From Candidatus Eiseniibacteriota bacterium (lineage in GTDB: Bacteria; Eisenbacteria; RBG-16-71-46; JABDJR01): DNA of 64,000 nt. Location: assembly GCA_963783375.1 (NCBI GenBank), contig CAWANH010000001.1, positions 64,001-128,000 on the forward strand, read 5' to 3'. A program made the position numbers and the translations under genes. The notes under the pieces were generated by a model. That model was not told where the DNA came from. It ran no database searches and saw nothing but the letters and a program-made list of their open reading frames with translations. Below, piece after piece: positions 29,221 to 38,898 of the stretch (the stretch's first letter is position 1; every line of letters begins with the position of its first letter).

Positions 29221-30816
29221 GTGATCCCGCGGCTCAGGGCCCTCGGGTTCTGGTCGGCGGCCGGGCTCGCCTTCATGGTGAGCCACACCCAGGCGCCGCT
29301 CTACGCCGGGAACCAGACCACCAAATTCCTGATCGGCCTGGCCCGGGCCGGACGAGGGGGACTGGCCCGGGACTGGCTGGCCGGCGCCGTCGATCCATTG
29401 CCCGCGTTCACCGCCCTGGTCCGGCTCACCTACGGCTTCCTTCCCGAGGCGACGTTCTACGCCTACTACGCCGTCCTGGCCGGGATCTATCTCTACGCGC
29501 TCTTCGGGATCGCCGACCGCGCGGTGGGGCTTCGCCGATCCGGCCTCCGGTCCGCCCTCTTCCTGGCCGTGCTCTTCGTCATCCACTCGCGCCTGGTTCT
29601 CCACTTCGCGTCGGTCTGGGGGCTCGGGGATCTTCCCCTCCTCTTCCGCGAGGGGGTGGCCCACCAGTACGTGCTGGGACGGGTCTTCCAGCCGTGCGTC
29701 TTCGGAGCCTTCCTCCTCCTCGCCGTCCGGCTCCACCTCGAGGGACGCCGGACGTACGCGGCCCTCGCCCTGGCCGTGGCCGCCGTCTTTCACCCCGCGT
29801 ACCTCCTTCCCGCCGCCCTTCTGATCCTGGCCTTCAGCCTGGCCACCGCGACCGGGTCCCGGCGGGTCACCGCCGTCCTGGGCCCTCCCGCCGTGCTCCT
29901 CCTCCTGGTGGCCCCGGTGCTGCTCTACTCGCGCCTCGCCTTCGCTCCCCACGACCCCGTGGCGTGGCGGGACGGGCTCCGGTTCCTGGTCCACGACCGG
30001 ATCCCCTATCACTCCCTCCCCGGGATCTGGTTCGACCGGGGCACGTTTTTCCAGGCGCTCCTCATGGCCGCGGGAGTCCTTGCCGCCGGGCGGAACCGAC
30101 TCGGCGTGATCCTCGCCGTTCCCTTCGGCGTCGCCTTCCTGCTCACCGCGGTCCAGATCGTCTCGGGGAGCGACGTCCTGGCCTTTCTCGCTCCCTGGCG
30201 GGTCTCGGCCGTACTGGTCCCGGTGTCCGTCGCGCTCCTCGCCGCCCGCGGGGCCTCGGCCCTCGACCGCGCCCTCCTTCACCGGCCCGGTCTCGGCCGC
30301 GCCGGGCTGGGCCTTTCCACGGCCGCGACGGCGATCTGCGTGGTGACCGGCGCCCATCTCCAGTGGACCGACTTCCGGGATCGGAGCCGCTCCCCCGAAG
30401 CCTCGCTCTACGCCTTCGCGCGGGCCCACCTCTCCCCCGGGGACCTCTACCTGCTTCCTCCCCTGGATCGTCGACTCGACGCGTTCCGGCTCATGAGCGG
30501 GGCGCCGATCCTCATCAACTGGAAGTCCCACCCCTACCGGATGGACGACGAGTTCGGGGAGTGGCGGGAGCGGATCCGCCGGGCCGGGGGGTTCTACGGT
30601 TCCTCCCCGGACTCCGCCTGCGCCGCCGCCCGGAAACTGGAATGCGCCTACGGGATCACCCACGCGGTGGTGCGCCGGGACCCTCCCGACCCGGTCTGTC
30701 CCGGCTGGCGCGAGATCTACGAGAACGGGACCTACGCGGTGTACCGGCTCCCGGCGAACGGGGTGACCGGGACCCGGCCCGCCTCCCCCCTTGGCTTGTC
30801 ACCCGGCGTTCCCTAG
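29221..30816 (+). CDS. polytopic membrane protein (DUF6798-like)
   Basis: LYAGNQ, LARDWLA..DPLPAFT, FRLMSGAPILINWKSHPY..EWRERI; start uncertain. Confidence 0.6.
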   Translation: MIPRLRALGFWSAAGLAFMVSHTQAPLYAGNQTTKFLIGLARAGRGGLARDWLAGAVDPLPAFTALVRLTYGFLPEATFYAYYAVLAGIYLYALFGIADRAVGLRRSGLRSALFLAVLFVIHSRLVLHFASVWGLGDLPLLFREGVAHQYVLGRVFQPCVFGAFLLLAVRLHLEGRRTYAALALAVAAVFHPAYLLPAALLILAFSLATATGSRRVTAVLGPPAVLLLLVAPVLLYSRLAFAPHDPVAWRDGLRFLVHDRIPYHSLPGIWFDRGTFFQALLMAAGVLAAGRNRLGVILAVPFGVAFLLTAVQIVSGSDVLAFLAPWRVSAVLVPVSVALLAARGASALDRALLHRPGLGRAGLGLSTAATAICVVTGAHLQWTDFRDRSRSPEASLYAFARAHLSPGDLYLLPPLDRRLDAFRLMSGAPILINWKSHPYRMDDEFGEWRERIRRAGGFYGSSPDSACAAARKLECAYGITHAVVRRDPPDPVCPGWREIYENGTYAVYRLPANGVTGTRPASPLGLSPGVP

Positions 30817-30861
30817 GATGTCCGCGTCGACGTTCCCGGAAATCACGACGAGGAGAGGACC

Positions 30862-31512
30862 ATGGCCCAGCTTCAGAACCTGTTCATCGGCATCGCGGGC
30901 ATGATCGGGGCGGGGAAGTCCACCCTGGCCGCCGCCCTGGGAAAGCACCTGGAGATCGACGTCTACTACGAGCCGGTCGAGAACAACGAGTACCTCGAGG
31001 ACTTCTACCGGGACACCAAGCGCTATTCCTTCGCCACCCAGATCTACCTCCTGAACAAGCGTTTCCAGCAGCACCAGGAGATCATCTGGCGGGACCGCTC
31101 CGCGGTCCAGGACCGCACCATCTACGAGGACTCGATCTTCGCCCGGATGCTGGCGGAGACCGGGCTCATGGAGGAGCGCGACTACCGCACCTACGTGGAG
31201 CTGTTCCGGCACATGAGCAACTTCATGTGCAAACCCAACCTCATCGTATACCTGGACGTGAGCCCGGAGCGATCCATGGAGCGGATCCAGGCCCGGGGGC
31301 GCGCGGTGGAGGGGGGGATCAGCCTCGACTACCTGCGGGCCCTTCACAAGGGATACGAGGCCTTCGTGGCCGACATCTCCCGCATGGTGCCGGTGATCCG
31401 GGTGGACTACGACCGCTTCGCCACCGCCGGTGAGATGACCGAGGTCATCACCCGGGAGTACCTCGACCACAGCTTCCTGCGCGAGGCCGCCCGGTTCGAT
31501 CCCACCCGCTGA
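30862..31512 (+). CDS. deoxynucleoside kinase
   Basis: P-loop GMIGAGKST, YYEPV, DRTIYED, RIQARGR; strong SD. Confidence 0.92.
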   Translation: MAQLQNLFIGIAGMIGAGKSTLAAALGKHLEIDVYYEPVENNEYLEDFYRDTKRYSFATQIYLLNKRFQQHQEIIWRDRSAVQDRTIYEDSIFARMLAETGLMEERDYRTYVELFRHMSNFMCKPNLIVYLDVSPERSMERIQARGRAVEGGISLDYLRALHKGYEAFVADISRMVPVIRVDYDRFATAGEMTEVITREYLDHSFLREAARFDPTR

Positions 31513-31527
31513 CCCCCGGGCGGGAGG

Positions 31528-32382
31528 TCAGTCGTCGGAGAAGGCGGGGGGATGTCCGAGCCGCCGGGCCAGGAAGTAGCGCGGAGGCTCGTAGTGATTC
31601 TCCGCGGTGAACGGTTCCGCGAAGCGATCGCCGGTGAGATCGTCCCGCACGAAGTACGCGTTCCCCCCGGTGAGGCTGCACCCGACCAGGGAGTAGCCCA
31701 GGTCGCGGCCCAGCAATTCCAGGGCCTTGAGGCTCGCCCCGAAATACACGCTGCCGTTCCACGTCCGGTCCGGACGATCCTCCACCTTCCAGTCGACCTG
31801 GGGGGGGACGCTCGCGTTGTACTCCACCACCGCCACCCGGGGCCGGAACCGCCGGAGGGCGGCCCAGGTCCAGTAGGTGTTGCGGTCGATGTCCAGGGAG
31901 AAGAGGTCGCACTCCTCCGGGAGACCGTGATGGGCGAAGAGATCCCCGATGCCGTCGGAGCGGACGAAGGCCTCGATCAGGCGGAGTTGCCCCTCGTCCA
32001 GGGGGCGCCGGAAGGACCCGCGGATGGCGGTCGCATAGGCCTCGTTCCCCTCCACCCACCACCCCGACCAACCCTGCCAGAGCAGGAAGGAGGTGTTGTT
32101 CTCGAGGCCGTCCCCCACCCCGATCTCCACGAAGGTGCGCGCGTCGACGCCGATCCGCCGGAAGATCTCCGCGATCGCCCCGTCCTCGCCCCCCTGGGAG
32201 AAGACCTGCGCCTCGTGCCGGGCCAGCCTCCCCGGTTCCCGGTAGCGCTCCCGGGCGAGCAGGCGGTCCAGGTGATCCTGAACGCGCTCCGCCCGAAGCG
32301 TAGCCACGTCCACCTGGAGCCGTTTGAGATCCCGCAGGATCGGAAGCCGTCCACCCAGTTCAGACATCCGCATCGTGATCAC
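31528..32382 (-). CDS. FkbM-like methyltransferase / glycan-modification protein
   Basis: FSQGGEDG, FVEIGVGDGLENN, DLFSLDID, PRVAVVEYN, GASLKAL. Confidence 0.7.
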   Translation of the reverse strand: MITMRMSELGGRLPILRDLKRLQVDVATLRAERVQDHLDRLLARERYREPGRLARHEAQVFSQGGEDGAIAEIFRRIGVDARTFVEIGVGDGLENNTSFLLWQGWSGWWVEGNEAYATAIRGSFRRPLDEGQLRLIEAFVRSDGIGDLFAHHGLPEECDLFSLDIDRNTYWTWAALRRFRPRVAVVEYNASVPPQVDWKVEDRPDRTWNGSVYFGASLKALELLGRDLGYSLVGCSLTGGNAYFVRDDLTGDRFAEPFTAENHYEPPRYFLARRLGHPPAFSDD

Positions 32383-33241
32383 CTCCCGGGGACAAATCGT
32401 TCTGGAGAATCCGTTCCACCGCGGCCAGGACCCGCCCCCCCGGCGGGTTCCAGCGGAGCTTGGCCAGGACCAGGGCAGGATACACGGCTCGGGTCAATTT
32501 CCAGGTCCGGTCGTAGAGCGAGAGGAACTCGCAGCGGGTGTGGTGGGGGTTCCAGTCCACCAGATAGCGCCGGCGGTTGGTGACCGGGCTCCAGACGACG
32601 TGGGGGCACCCGGAGAGCGAAGCCAGGTGCATGGGACCGCTGGAGGGCCCCACCGTCACCGCGGCCTGGGAGAGGGCGCCGGTCAGAGCTTCCAGGGAGA
32701 TTCCCCGGAGGTCCCGCGTACCCGGCACCAGGTCGGCCCCGGTCGGAGTGCCGATCGAGGCCACGGAGAGCCCGCGGTCCCGGAGCGCGTGCACCAGGGT
32801 CGCCCACTTCGCCACCGGCCAGCCGCGCACCGAGCCGAAGCTCCGGGAGCGCGCGTGAACCAGAACGTCGAAGCGCGGCCCTTCACCGGCGTAGCGGATG
32901 AACCGCTGGCGGACGGTCTTCCCGAGAAAGTTCGCCGGATCGACGTGCAGGGTTCCCCGGAGCGGCGGGAGGAAAACGTCCCCCCGATCCCGGTCGGATT
33001 GGCCGAACTCGATGGACCGGGGGTCCACCCCCTCGCAGGCCCATCGATTGGCCCGGTCGCCGGGCACGTCCACCTCGACGTAGCGGGCGGCGAAATCCCG
33101 GTAGAGATGACCGTGGCCGGGGCGGCCGGCGACGATGAACTCGGCCCCGGGAATGCCGTCCTTGAAGGCCCGGAGCATCCCCTGCCAGTGGAAAAGCTCC
33201 CAGCCGAACTCCCCGATCCAGGGACCGGCGAAGATCCTCAT
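32360..33241 (-). CDS. glycosyltransferase family 9-like protein
   Basis: ATG 33241 overlaps the upstream stop; GEFGWEL, RGWP..KW, DLRG, VGPSSGPMHLASL. Confidence 0.7.
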   Translation of the reverse strand: MRIFAGPWIGEFGWELFHWQGMLRAFKDGIPGAEFIVAGRPGHGHLYRDFAARYVEVDVPGDRANRWACEGVDPRSIEFGQSDRDRGDVFLPPLRGTLHVDPANFLGKTVRQRFIRYAGEGPRFDVLVHARSRSFGSVRGWPVAKWATLVHALRDRGLSVASIGTPTGADLVPGTRDLRGISLEALTGALSQAAVTVGPSSGPMHLASLSGCPHVVWSPVTNRRRYLVDWNPHHTRCEFLSLYDRTWKLTRAVYPALVLAKLRWNPPGGRVLAAVERILQNDLSPGGDHDADV

Positions 33242-34020
33242 CCCCGGTCCCCCACCACGCAGGTCGTGGAGGCCAGCGACCGCACGCAGAACCCCGACCC
33301 GGTGAGGAGCACCACGATCTCGTGCTTGTCCCGGTCGCACCGGCACACCACCCGGCGGGTGCGGGCCAGGGTTCCGGCGGCGCCCCGGAGCGCGGAGAGT
33401 TCGTCCCCCCCGAGGTCGATCTTGAGCACGTCGATCTCCGGGAGATCGCCGGTCAGCCGGTCCAGGGTGGTCCGGGGAACCTCGATGAGCTCGCCGGTTC
33501 CCTCGGTCGCCTCGACCGTCCGCTCCCCCACCGCCGCCGTCTCGAGCCGCCAGGCTCCCTCCAACCCGTTCTGCTCCAGGTTCCGGCGACACTGGGCGGC
33601 GGACCGCGGGTCCGCCTCCACCGCCAGCACGAAGGCCGAGCCCAGCCCGGCGGCCTGGGAGGAGTGGAAGCCGATAGCGGCCCCGGCGTCGACCAGCACC
33701 CTCCCTCGGGCCCGGAGCGGATCGAGGATCGCCCGCTCGGCGTCCTCCTCCCGGCCCGGCAGGACGCTCAGGGGGTCGTCGGTGCCCGCCCGCACCTCGA
33801 ACCGGGTCCCGTTCCGAAGGACGACCAGGAACGGCCGGCGGGCGACGGGAAGGGGGCGTCGGCTGCGCCATCCGTATCGGAGCAGATCGACGAGGGCGGA
33901 TTCCCAGAGTGCGGTTCGCGGGGTGGGGCCGGTCCGCCGGCCCAGCCGCCACCAGAACAACCAGCGCGAAACCGGAGTCGAGCCCGCCACTTTCCGAAGC
34001 GTGTTCCGCGCCAGACCCAT
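33238..34020 (-). CDS. FkbM family methyltransferase
   Basis: LVDAGAAIGFHS, VLAVEADP, TTLD, IDVLKID.GG.E. Confidence 0.7.
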   Translation of the reverse strand: MGLARNTLRKVAGSTPVSRWLFWWRLGRRTGPTPRTALWESALVDLLRYGWRSRRPLPVARRPFLVVLRNGTRFEVRAGTDDPLSVLPGREEDAERAILDPLRARGRVLVDAGAAIGFHSSQAAGLGSAFVLAVEADPRSAAQCRRNLEQNGLEGAWRLETAAVGERTVEATEGTGELIEVPRTTLDRLTGDLPEIDVLKIDLGGDELSALRGAAGTLARTRRVVCRCDRDKHEIVVLLTGSGFCVRSLASTTCVVGDRG

Positions 34021-34062
34021 GTCGTCCCTGCTCTCCCGGGCTCGGTGCCTTGCGTCCCGGCG

Positions 34063-35328
34063 CTACCGGGATTCCCCCTGCGCTCGATCGGAAGACGCGA
34101 GGGCCGGCGCGAGGTCGACCCCGGCCAGCTCCGCCGTCCGCTCCATGACCGCGGCCAGGCGGGTGTCGGGGGTCGAGGCCCCGGCGGTGAACCCGATCCT
34201 GATCGATCCCTCCGCGGGAAGCCACCCCGAGGTCTCCACGAGGTCCAGCGTTCCCACCGGCTGATGGCGGATCCGTCCCCGCTCCAGGTTCCCGGCGTCC
34301 TCGATGTGGTAGGTCGGGATGGCCCGCGCGCCGGCGATCCGGGCCAGGTTCCGGGTGTTGGAGGAGTTGAACCCCCCCACCACCAGCATGAGATCGGGGG
34401 TGCGCCGCTCCACCAGGGCCACCATGGCGTCCTGGTTCTCCTGGGTGGCGTTGCAGATGGTGTCGAAATCGCGGAAGTGCTCGGCCAGGGCAGCGTCGCC
34501 GTGCCGGCGGCGGACCGCATCCTCGATCATCCGCCCGATCTCGCGGCTCTCCGAGGCCATCATCGTGGTCTGGTTGATGAGGGCCACGCGATCCAGGTCG
34601 CGTTCGGGGTCGAACCCCGGGGAGATCCCCCGGCCCAGCCGGGTCACGAGGGTCTCCGCGTCGACCGCGCCCTCGATGAAGTCGCAGACCGTCCGGGCCT
34701 CCTCCGGATCCCGCACCACCAGGTAGCGCCCCCCCTCGTGGACGATCAGCGAGCAGGTGGCCAGGGTCTCGGCGTGGCCGAGGGTGGCGTGGATGACGGT
34801 GGTGAAACCGGCCTCGATGTTCCGCTTGGTGCGGAGGTGCGGCTTCAGCACCCAGGGGCAGGTGGTGTCGATCACCGTGCAACCGATCTCCTGAAGACGC
34901 TCCACGTCCTCCACCTCGGCGCTGAAGGCGGGGATGATGGCCACGTCCTCGGCCGACACCCGCTCGAACCCGCCCGGCTCCGCGTAAGTCCCCTTGATGA
35001 ACCGGGCCCCCCGGGCGATGAAGTCACGGTTCACCCCGGGGTTGTGGATGATCTCGTTCAGGATCCAGATGCGCTTCCCGGGATAGGCGTCGATGGCCTG
35101 CTGGACGATGTCCACCGCCTTGTCCACCCCCCAGCAGAAACCGAACCTCTCCGCCACCTCCAGGGTGAGCCGCCCCACGGTGATCCGGTGGCCGTGGGTA
35201 CGCAGATGGTCCACCAGCGCGCTCCCATAGCTCTGGCGCTCGTCGGCCGACGAGCCGGCGCGCCCTTCGGCGTCGGCTCCCCGCACCAGGGTGGTGCCCT
35301 TGATGATCTCTTTTCGGGGGTGGCTCAT
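34063..35328 (-). CDS. ispH: 4-hydroxy-3-methylbut-2-enyl diphosphate reductase
   Basis: GFCWGV, EIIHNP, DTTCPWV, DTICNATQENQ, GGFNSSNT, TAGASTP. Confidence 0.95.
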   Translation of the reverse strand: MSHPRKEIIKGTTLVRGADAEGRAGSSADERQSYGSALVDHLRTHGHRITVGRLTLEVAERFGFCWGVDKAVDIVQQAIDAYPGKRIWILNEIIHNPGVNRDFIARGARFIKGTYAEPGGFERVSAEDVAIIPAFSAEVEDVERLQEIGCTVIDTTCPWVLKPHLRTKRNIEAGFTTVIHATLGHAETLATCSLIVHEGGRYLVVRDPEEARTVCDFIEGAVDAETLVTRLGRGISPGFDPERDLDRVALINQTTMMASESREIGRMIEDAVRRRHGDAALAEHFRDFDTICNATQENQDAMVALVERRTPDLMLVVGGFNSSNTRNLARIAGARAIPTYHIEDAGNLERGRIRHQPVGTLDLVETSGWLPAEGSIRIGFTAGASTPDTRLAAVMERTAELAGVDLAPALASSDRAQGESR

Positions 35329-35430
35329 GGTGGTGTTCCGGGAAGGGGCGGCGCCCGGGCCGGGCTCCGGTGCGCGCCCTCCGAGGCCTCGGAAGAGGCC
35401 CCGGAGAGGGCGGGAGGAGCCGCCGGCGCC

Positions 35431-37455
35431 CTACCCCTTCAGAAGCCGATCGAACCAGCCGGTGATCCGCTTCAGCCGCTCCAGACGGTTCTGGGGGCGG
35501 CCGGCCCGGGAGAGCCCGTGGGGCTCACCCTCGAAGCGGACGAACTCCACGTCCTTCTTCAATACCTTGAGAGCGGTGTAGAGTTCCTCGGCCTGGGACA
35601 CCGGACAGCGGTGATCCTCCTCGCTGTGGATGATGAGGAGCGGGGTCTTGACGTTCTTCACGTAGCGGATGGGCGACATGCGCAGGTACTCGAGCGCGCT
35701 CTCGTCGTCGTCCCACGGACGGCCGGTGAACTCCCACTCGAAGTCGTACCCGTAGTCGCTCTCCCCGTAGAAGGAGTAGAGGTTCACCACGCTCCGCTGG
35801 GTGGCCGCGGCCTTGAACCGGTCGGTGTGCCCCACGATCCAGTTGGTCATGTAGCCGCCGTAGGAGCCGCCGGTCACCCCCATCCGGGCCTCGTCCACGT
35901 AATCGAGCCCGGCCAGGTGATCGGTGGCGGCCATCATGTCCACGTAGTCCGCCCCGCCCCAGTCCTTGTGGATGGCCTTGGTGAAGGCCTCGCCGTAGCC
36001 CTGGCTCCCCCGCGGGTTGGTCCACATGACCACGTAGCCGAGGCCGGCCAGGAGCTGGATCTCGTGGAAGAAGGTGTGGCCGTACATCATGTGCGGCCCG
36101 CCGTGGATCTCCAGGATCGCGGGGTACCTTTCCCCGGCCTGGAATCCGTGGGGCTTCAGGATCCAGCCCTGAACCTTGATTCCGTCCTCGCTGGGGATCC
36201 AGACCTCTTCCGGCTCGCCGATCCGGTAGGTCTCCAGGAACTCCCGGTTGTGGGCGGTCAGGACCCGCGGGGCGCCGCTCTCGGACGGATCCAGCACCGC
36301 GACCTCGGCCGGGTTCAGGTGGTCGCTCACCAGGAGCGCGATCCGCCCGCGGCTCTTGTCGGCGGAGAGTCCGCCCAGCTCGCGGCCGGCCGGGGTGATC
36401 CGGTCCACCTTGCCGCCGGCCACCGGCACCCGGCAGATGTAGACGCTCCCGCTGTCGCTCATGAGGAACAGGAGCGACTTGCCGTCGGCGGACCAGATCG
36501 GGGGCTCCTCGCCGTTCCCCGCCTCGCGGGAGTCGGAGATCGAGTAGTTGGCGGCCATCCGCCCGAGGTCGGGGGTGACGTCGGTGGGCTCGCCCCCCGC
36601 CGCCGGGACGGTGAAGACGTGCATGTCCTTCCAGAACGACTCCCCTTTCTCGCCGAAGCGGCCGATGAAGGCCACGGTCTTGGCGTCCGGGGAGAAGGAC
36701 GGGGCCAGGTTGGGCCCGTAGGCGGTGGTGAGCCGCGTGAGGGCGCCGCCGCTCGCCGGCACCAGACAGATGTCGGCATTGTCCAGGTTGTGCTCCGGTT
36801 CGGGGAGCCGGTTGGAGACGAAGAGCACCGTCTTCCCGTCGGGGGAGAAGACCGGGGAAGCGTCGTTGGTCTCGCCGTCGGTGAGCTGGGTCGCCTCGCC
36901 GGTTTCGGCATCGATCAGGTAGAGGTGGAAGTAGGTGCCGAAGAGGAACCCGTCGCCGTCCTCCTTGATATGGAGGGTGGTGTGCACCTTGTACTGGGGG
37001 CGCTTCGCCGCGCGGTCCTCCTTGTTCGCCTGTCGCCGTTCCTTCTCCTCGTCGCTCAGGGGGCGGTAGGCCACCACCAGGCGCTTCCCGTCCGGGGCCC
37101 AGGCCAGAGCCGAGATGGCGCCGTCCAGGTCGGTGAGCCGGCGGGCCTCGCCGCCGTCCAGGGGAAGGAGGTGGACCTGCTGCTTCTTCTCGTGGCGGTT
37201 GGAGACGAAGGCCAGGGTGCGGCCGTCCGGGGACCACCGGGGCATGGCGTCGACGGTGTCGCCGAAGGTGAGCCGCCGGGGCTCCCCGCCGGTGGAGGGA
37301 ACGAGATGGAGGCTCACCCCGTACTTGTTCTCCTCGTAGTTGGCGTTCTTCACGCAGTAGGCAATCTGCTTCCCGTCCGGGGAGAGACGCGGGTCGCCGA
37401 CGAAGGCGAGCTCGAACAGGGACTCCGGGGTGACGGGCCGTTGCTTTTCGGTCAT
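35431..37455 (-). CDS. S9 family (prolyl oligopeptidase/acylaminoacyl) peptidase
   Basis: ATG 37455 with GGAGG; beta-propeller; IHGGP, GGSYGG, HSEEDHRCP, EPHGL. Confidence 0.93.
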   Translation of the reverse strand: MTEKQRPVTPESLFELAFVGDPRLSPDGKQIAYCVKNANYEENKYGVSLHLVPSTGGEPRRLTFGDTVDAMPRWSPDGRTLAFVSNRHEKKQQVHLLPLDGGEARRLTDLDGAISALAWAPDGKRLVVAYRPLSDEEKERRQANKEDRAAKRPQYKVHTTLHIKEDGDGFLFGTYFHLYLIDAETGEATQLTDGETNDASPVFSPDGKTVLFVSNRLPEPEHNLDNADICLVPASGGALTRLTTAYGPNLAPSFSPDAKTVAFIGRFGEKGESFWKDMHVFTVPAAGGEPTDVTPDLGRMAANYSISDSREAGNGEEPPIWSADGKSLLFLMSDSGSVYICRVPVAGGKVDRITPAGRELGGLSADKSRGRIALLVSDHLNPAEVAVLDPSESGAPRVLTAHNREFLETYRIGEPEEVWIPSEDGIKVQGWILKPHGFQAGERYPAILEIHGGPHMMYGHTFFHEIQLLAGLGYVVMWTNPRGSQGYGEAFTKAIHKDWGGADYVDMMAATDHLAGLDYVDEARMGVTGGSYGGYMTNWIVGHTDRFKAAATQRSVVNLYSFYGESDYGYDFEWEFTGRPWDDDESALEYLRMSPIRYVKNVKTPLLIIHSEEDHRCPVSQAEELYTALKVLKKDVEFVRFEGEPHGLSRAGRPQNRLERLKRITGWFDRLLKG

Positions 37456-37622
37456 GACTCCTCCACTGGGCGTGGCGGCCGGGCATTCGGACCGCCGCAA
37501 ATCGCCGGGACGGGGTGTAATGCAGACCGACGAGGATACCATGCCGGCCTGGAGAGGGGCGAGCCGGGGGGTACCCGGGTGGAACCCGCTCGGCAGACCC
37601 CGCGCGCCATGGGGCCCCGCGC

Positions 37623-38276
37623 TCAGTGCGCCTTGCTTCGCGGAGGGTCTTTCGAGGCTCCCGGCAGGAAGGGCCATCCGTACCGGTCCGCGAGCCACCT
37701 CGTCCAGTCTCCGGGAGGGTTGCCCAGGTATTCGACTGCCGGACCCAGCCCCTCGCCCAGGGCGCCGGACTCCAGGTCCCCGTTCCAGATGGCGAGACGG
37801 AATTCGCGGCCGGTCCGGACGGCGCCGTACAGGAGGAACCGCTTCGCGGAGATCCACTCGGCCGCCTGGAAGCTCGCGGACAATCCCGGGCTCATGATCA
37901 GCGTAGCCTTGCCGGTCGATCGGTCGACCAGCCAGACGTTCCAGGAATCCTCGTGCTGGATGGACCAGCCGTCGGCCGTCCAGGTGGTGACGTCGGACAG
38001 GTATTGCAGGGCGTGGAGCGAGTCGGGTGAGAACTCGGCCAAGCGCATGAAGGTGCCGGGAAGTTCGGCCGGATCGAGCCGGACCGGCTTCGAGGGAAAC
38101 AGATTCCGGATCCCGGCCGGGGAGAACGTAGCGTCCGCGGGCTGGTTCCAGAGCGCGAGCCAGTGGGAGCGAACGCCCGCCGGTGGTTCAGCCCGGGTCG
38201 TTCCCGGCACCCCGATGAACAGGAGAACTCCCAGAAGCACCGGCACCGATCCCGGCCATCCCTGGATCTGTCTCAT
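37623..38276 (-). CDS. hypothetical secreted protein
   Basis: ATG 38276 overlaps the upstream stop, GGAGG SD, signal peptide. Confidence 0.55.
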   Translation of the reverse strand: MRQIQGWPGSVPVLLGVLLFIGVPGTTRAEPPAGVRSHWLALWNQPADATFSPAGIRNLFPSKPVRLDPAELPGTFMRLAEFSPDSLHALQYLSDVTTWTADGWSIQHEDSWNVWLVDRSTGKATLIMSPGLSASFQAAEWISAKRFLLYGAVRTGREFRLAIWNGDLESGALGEGLGPAVEYLGNPPGDWTRWLADRYGWPFLPGASKDPPRSKAH

Positions 38277-38818
38277 TCGTCCTCCCGGCCCCGGTCGGCC
38301 CGGCCAGGTTCCGCGTCGTCGGCATCCGATCCGCCCAGCTCGCCGGCCACCGTCATCAGTTCGTGCAGGCGGTGGATGAACCGGCCGACCGGCGCCCCGT
38401 CGGTGACCGCGTGATCGAACACCACGCTCAAAGCGAGGATGTCCCGCCTCCCATCGACACCCGCCCGCCGCGCGATCCCCCCCACCCCGATCCCCAGCGG
38501 GTGCAGCGCCGGCGGAATCCCCCGGGTCAGGAGACCCGGGACCGCCATTCCCGGAGCGGTCACCACGACCGTGCCCATGGTCTGCTTGACCCGGGTGGGG
38601 TTCCGAAGGAACCGGCGCCAGAACACCAGGTCCCGCAGCCAGGCGGGAAGCCGGAAGAACAAGGGCTGGAGCCGCGCCAGCGCGGCGGTGACGTCGACCT
38701 CGAGCAGGATGGGGACCGCCAGACGCTTCTTGGCCCAGCGAATCGTATCGATGGTGGCGTTCCGTTCGGGACGGAACGGGACGACCTCGTGCGGGCCGAC
38801 CCGGCGGACATCGCGCAT
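38273..38818 (-). CDS. stand-alone 2-oxoacid dehydrogenase E2-like acyltransferase domain, apparently internally shortened
   Basis: LLEVDVT, GTVVVT, VFDHAVTDGAP (DHxxxDG); only 181 aa, no lipoyl domain. Confidence 0.65.
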   Translation of the reverse strand: MRDVRRVGPHEVVPFRPERNATIDTIRWAKKRLAVPILLEVDVTAALARLQPLFFRLPAWLRDLVFWRRFLRNPTRVKQTMGTVVVTAPGMAVPGLLTRGIPPALHPLGIGVGGIARRAGVDGRRDILALSVVFDHAVTDGAPVGRFIHRLHELMTVAGELGGSDADDAEPGRADRGREDE

Positions 38819-38898
38819 GTCTCCCCTCCTCCCCCGCGTTCACCCGGGTGAACGCCCGGCGGTCCCGGTGAGGGCGACGGACATCCGGCGACCGCGGG

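Noticed and set aside
33322-38379. 1685-aa plus-strand ORF
   Set aside because: Antisense shadow of ispH, the S9 peptidase and neighbours; no motifs; expected from high-GC codon bias
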